Shown here: positions 19,852 to 23,890 of the stretch, piece after piece | How the letters are laid out: every line of letters starts with the position of its first letter | How positions within the stretch are numbered: the stretch's first letter is position 1 | Origin: Octopus sinensis | Lineage: Eukaryota | Assembly (NCBI RefSeq): GCF_006345805.1 | Contig: NW_021836551.1 | Location: forward strand, 1-23,890 | DNA length: 23,890 nt | Direction: 5' to 3' | Position numbers and translations under genes: made by a program | Notes under the pieces: generated by a model | Told to the model about the DNA's origin: nothing | Databases searched by the model: none | The model's input: only the letters and a program-made list of their open reading frames with translations

Positions 19852-20475
19852 CAAGGGGGTACCTAGAAGAAACCAGAATTTTGCAATATTATTTCATTCA
19901 CTTGGTTTTACAGGTTTACACTTTTATCACCTTCGAAGTATTCTCCACTTGAAGCAATGCATTGGCCCCGACGTGTTTTCCACAGTTCAAAGCAGTCCTG
20001 GAACTCTTGCCAAGAAAAACCTTTTAATGCCTCCATTGTTTTTCACCACCTCTTCCACATCTGCAAATTCCATAGCACCAGCTTTGAAAAAAGGTTCAGA
20101 TCCTTTGAAAAAAGGTCCAGATTGACTTCCAGCTGTTCTTTCAGATCACGACACACATTCAGTTGTGACTGTTTTTGATCTTCTGTGAGCAAGCGAGGCA
20201 CAAATTTTGCTGCAAATCTTTTCATTCACAATTCCTCACACAAAGTTCATTAGCAGGAGTGCCAGGATACACCAGCCATATCAAAAAGTTCATCAATTGT
20301 TCAGCAACAGCCTCTCAAGAATTTTTGTGATGTTCTCATTTGCTTGGGAGGTCACTCTCAATGAGGTTGGTCTTAAAGTGCCAAGTCACCATTCCTAAAG
20401 TGGGGAAACCACTTGTAAACTTGTATTTTGCTCATGGCAGCGTCCTTGTAAGCTGTTTGAAGCATGACAACCGTT
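19852..20475 (-). mobile_element. Internally deleted mariner-family transposon fragment
   Basis: Minus strand: MLQTAYKDAAMSKIQVYKWF, FAAKFVPRLLTEDQK, SWCYG, then an abrupt jump to EFADVEE...FQDCFELWKTRRGQCIASSGEYFEGD*. One terminus is TA|CAAGGGGGTACC at 19850-19852. Confidence 0.85.
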
Positions 20476-21044
20476 TCAGCCACCATTAGTAATATAGGGC
20501 AAGTTCTATTTGATTGTGCCCCCTAGTTGGATAGGTCACAGAGTACATACAGATAATGAATTCACCTTTGTGCCAATAACTATTGGTGCATTTGGTTTTG
20601 TGAGTAAATGCCTAAGTAACAATCTGGGTGAGCAAGAGTTATTAGAGATAGAGAAACCAGCCAGCTGACACAGACAGTACAAACACAATCTGTAAGCTGA
20701 ACAATAAATAATGCGAGAGTTTTCTCAAGTTTAAAATGTGACACTGTTTTTCTGAACATTCCAATGATGGAGCTTTTTATCTTTGTTACAACCCAGCTCC
20801 TTCAAAGAAAGATTTCAAATAATTACAAACAAGAGAATGCATCCATGCATAAACATAATATATAAATTCATTCTTACATAGGACCAGATGTCCTCATATT
20901 GCCAACCTGACCCGTTTTAAAGTAGAGCATATTTTATTCCACCAAACTTCTAAATTCTAAGCACAATTATGCCATTTTCTTACACAGATGAGCTCAAGCA
21001 ATCAAGTGAAAATAACTTCACACACAAACTATTCAAATTCATTC

Positions 21045-21290
21045 TACCTATCTACATAGCTACCAACCTGCCTATCTATTTACCTACCTACCTACCTATC
21101 TATCTACATATCTACCTGCCTACCTATTCATCTATCTACCTACCTGCCTACCTATTTATCTATCTACCTACCCACCTATTTACCTACCTACATGCCTATC
21201 TATCTACATATCTACCTACCTATGTGCCTATCTATTTACCTATCTACCTGCCTACCTATTTATCTATCTACCTACCCGCTTATCTATTCA
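21045..21290. repeat. (ACCT/ATCT)n tetranucleotide microsatellite
   Basis: Visible; explains ORF 20969-21376. Confidence 0.95.
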
Positions 21291-21327
21291 CAATGCTTCA
21301 GTCACTCACCTGGCGAAAAAAGTACTA

Positions 21328-21480
21328 TACCTGTCATTCAAAGGGGCCAACCTTGTCACATTCTGTGACACACTGAATCTCCCTAAGAACTATGTTTAGG
21401 GCACACTTGTCTGTGGAGTATTAAGCCACTTGTATGTTAATTTCCCAAGCAGGCTGTTCCATTGATCAGACCAACTGGAA
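21328..21480 (+). mobile_element. Partial copy of the 3536-3920 SINE
   Basis: TCAAAGGGGCCAACCTTGTCAC...GGCTGTTCCATTGATCAGACCAACTGGAAC. Confidence 0.8.
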
Positions 21481-21721
21481 CACACACGTATATAAAACAT
21501 AACTGACACTGTCAGTTATGATGACAAACATTCAACTTAGTCCAATCAATGTGTGTGTGTGACCTGCATAGTAGATATATAAACAAGGCTAATTCAACTA
21601 TTTCTCTGTGGTTTGAATGACACGACGAACAGCTTTAATCACTTTTCAAACCTTATTGGGTTCTCATCAGAAGAGTCCACACATTTGACCAATTCCAGAC
21701 CAACGAGCAGCCAATCTGTTT

Positions 21722-23075
21722 CTCATCATCATCATTAACATCGTTTAATGTCCGTTCTCCATGCTAGCATGGGTTGGACGGTTCGACTGGGGATCTGGGA
21801 AGCCAGAAGGCTGCACCAGGCTCCGGTCTTATCTGGCAATGTTTCTACAGCTGGATGCCCTTCCTAACGCCAACCACTCTGTGAGTGTAGTGGGTGCTTT
21901 TTACGTGCACCTGCACTGGTGCCAGGCGAGGCTGGCATCGGCCACGGTTGGATTGGTGCATTTTACGTGCCACCGGCACGGAAGCCAGTCGAAGCGGCAC
22001 TGGCTTCGACCATGATTCGGATGGTGCTTTTTACATACCACCGATACGGAAGCCAGTTGAGGCAGCACTGGCATTGGCCACGATTCGGATAGTGCTTTTT
22101 ACGTATCTCCAGTCCAAGGGTCCTGGCATCTGCCGGGTGCCAGTCATAGGATTGGTTCAATTTCGATTCCGATTTCACTTGCCCCAACAGGTCTTCGCAA
22201 GCAAAGTGGGGTTGGCATAGGTGCCTGTCGTCGGATGAGGTTCGATATCGACTTCGCTTGCCTCAACAGGTCTTTGTGTGCCAAGGGGGAAAGGCATGCA
22301 TAAGTGGGCTGAACTCACTTGTCCTGCCTGGTCTTTTCACGCACAGCATATTTCCAAAGGTCTCGGTCGCTGGTCATTTCCTCAGTGAGACCTAAAGTTC
22401 GAAGGTCGTGCTTCACCACCTCGTCCCAAGTTTTCCTGGGTCTACCTCTTCACGGGTTCCCTCCACTGCTAGGGATTGGCACTTTTTCACACACCTACCT
22501 TCATCCATTCTCGCCACATGACCATACCAGCGCAATCGTCTCTCTTGCACACCACAACTGATGCTTCTTAGGTCCAACATTTTCTCAGGGTACTAACGCT
22601 CTGTCGAGCAGCACACTGACATTACACATCCATCGGAGCATACTGGCTTCATTTCTCGCGAGCTTACGCATGTCCTCAGCAGTCACGGCCCATGTTTCAC
22701 TGCCATGTAGCATGGCTGTTCGTACACATGCATCATACAGTCTGCCTTTTACTCTGAGCGAGAGGCCTTTAGTCACCAGCAGAGGTAAGAGCTCCCTAAA
22801 CTTTGCCCAGGCTATTCTTACTCTAGCCGTTACACTTTCAGCACACCCACCCCCACTACTGACTTGGTCACAAAGATAACGGAAGCTATCAACTACTTCT
22901 AGTTTTTCCCCCTGGAAAGTGACGGAAGTTGTTTTCTGCAGATTTTCAGAGGTTAATGTTCCCGAGCATCTGCCACATACAAAAACTATCTTCCCAGTTA
23001 GCCTTCCTTTGACATTGCTGCACCTCTTATGTGTCCATAGCTTACGCTGGGTACATCTTATAGAGTTGTTTCTAT
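21722..23075 (-). mobile_element. 5'-truncated RTE-clade LINE (RT C-terminus, 3' UTR, (GAT)n tail)
   Basis: Minus strand: LEVVDSFRYL, RVRIAWAKFRELLPLL, LYDACVRTAMLHGSETW, then after frameshifts RRLRWYGHVARM and RGRPRKTWDEVV...KTRQDK* (stop 22315-22317); 3' UTR with tandem units; tail at ~21722-21732. Confidence 0.92.
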
Positions 23076-23319
23076 ACACAACAAATCCAACAGCTCCAGA
23101 GAAATGGATAAATTTGTTTCTAATGGTGGACCTCAAAGTAGAGAAGCTATAAGTAATAGCAGGAAAATATTAGGGAGCCTTCAACCTTTTTCTCTCTGAA
23201 GCGTTTTTAATCCAATATTTACCCACCATTATCCATATGTTATCTACTTTGAGATTCAATGCTAAAAAAAAACAAAAAAAATTACTTCATAAATTGTTCA
23301 TAAATTCTTATATTAACTG

Positions 23320-23663
23320 CATGTGTGTATATATATACATACACACCACACACACAAATATACATACATACATACACACACACACATACAAATATACATA
23401 CATATATACACACAAATATACATACATATATATATATAGACACACAAATATACATATATATATATATAGACACACAAATATACATACATATATATATACA
23501 CACACAAATATACATACATATATATATACACACACACAAATATACATACATATATATACACACACACAAATATACATATATACACACAAATATACATACA
23601 TACATATATATATACACACACACACAAATATACATACATATATACACACACACAAATATACAC

Positions 23664-23699
<36 letters not shown>

Positions 23700-23745
23700 A
23701 TATACACACAAATATGCATACAAATATACATATATACACATACAT
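23320..23745. repeat. (CA/TA)-based minisatellite ACACACAAATATACATACATAT(AT)n
   Basis: Visible; explains ORFs 23237-23848. Confidence 0.95.
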
Positions 23746-23890
23746 TAAAACAATGAATTTTCATGCATTTTTGTTTACCATTTTCACTCCCAAGGTAATA
23801 GTGGAAGACAATTCTTCAAGTTGCTCTGAAATGATCTTGAGGACCTAATGCTGTTTCCAGCAAAAGCATCCCTCGCTCAGTGCCTTGAAG

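Noticed and set aside
20560-20745. Solo LTR (AATAAA, ends in ACA)
   Set aside because: No clear TG start, target-site duplication or second copy.
4813-23848. Long I/Y/C/V/T/H-rich ORFs (4813-5262, 7308-7490, 17626-17929, 20969-21376, 23237-23848)
   Set aside because: Translations of microsatellites.
2900-23890. piRNA-cluster-like locus upstream of a piRNA gene
   Set aside because: Transposon fragments lie on both strands and the density may be normal for this genome; cannot be judged without small-RNA data.

Overview
AT-rich, repeat-saturated eukaryotic (animal) genomic DNA. The repeat families resemble those I recall from octopus genomes; this is an inference, not a verified assignment. 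The only host gene I can support is at the left end, on the minus strand: two spliced coding exons (2697-2810 and 614-740) encoding tandem CHHC (U11-48K-type) zinc fingers of a GTSF1/Asterix-like piRNA-pathway protein, which continues off the left edge. The rest is a nested transposon landscape. It includes a CR1/L2-like endonuclease relic inside the GTSF1-like intron, a 5'-truncated Penelope-like element (RT + GIY-YIG) with inverted terminal repeats, a decayed IR/DR Tc1 (DD34E) element, an internally deleted mariner, a Helitron-type PIF1 helicase relic, an RTE LINE with many short 3'-tail copies, tRNA-derived SINEs, MITEs and microsatellites. The most notable non-routine signal is a set of minimal type-I hammerhead-ribozyme-like motifs. 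One lies downstream of a palindromic twin-tRNA-promoter element (13343-13735). One lies in an inverted-repeat cassette in the GTSF1-like intron. A U3-A8 core variant is present in both Penelope terminal repeats. Most ORFs in the supplied track are spurious readings of microsatellites or SINEs.
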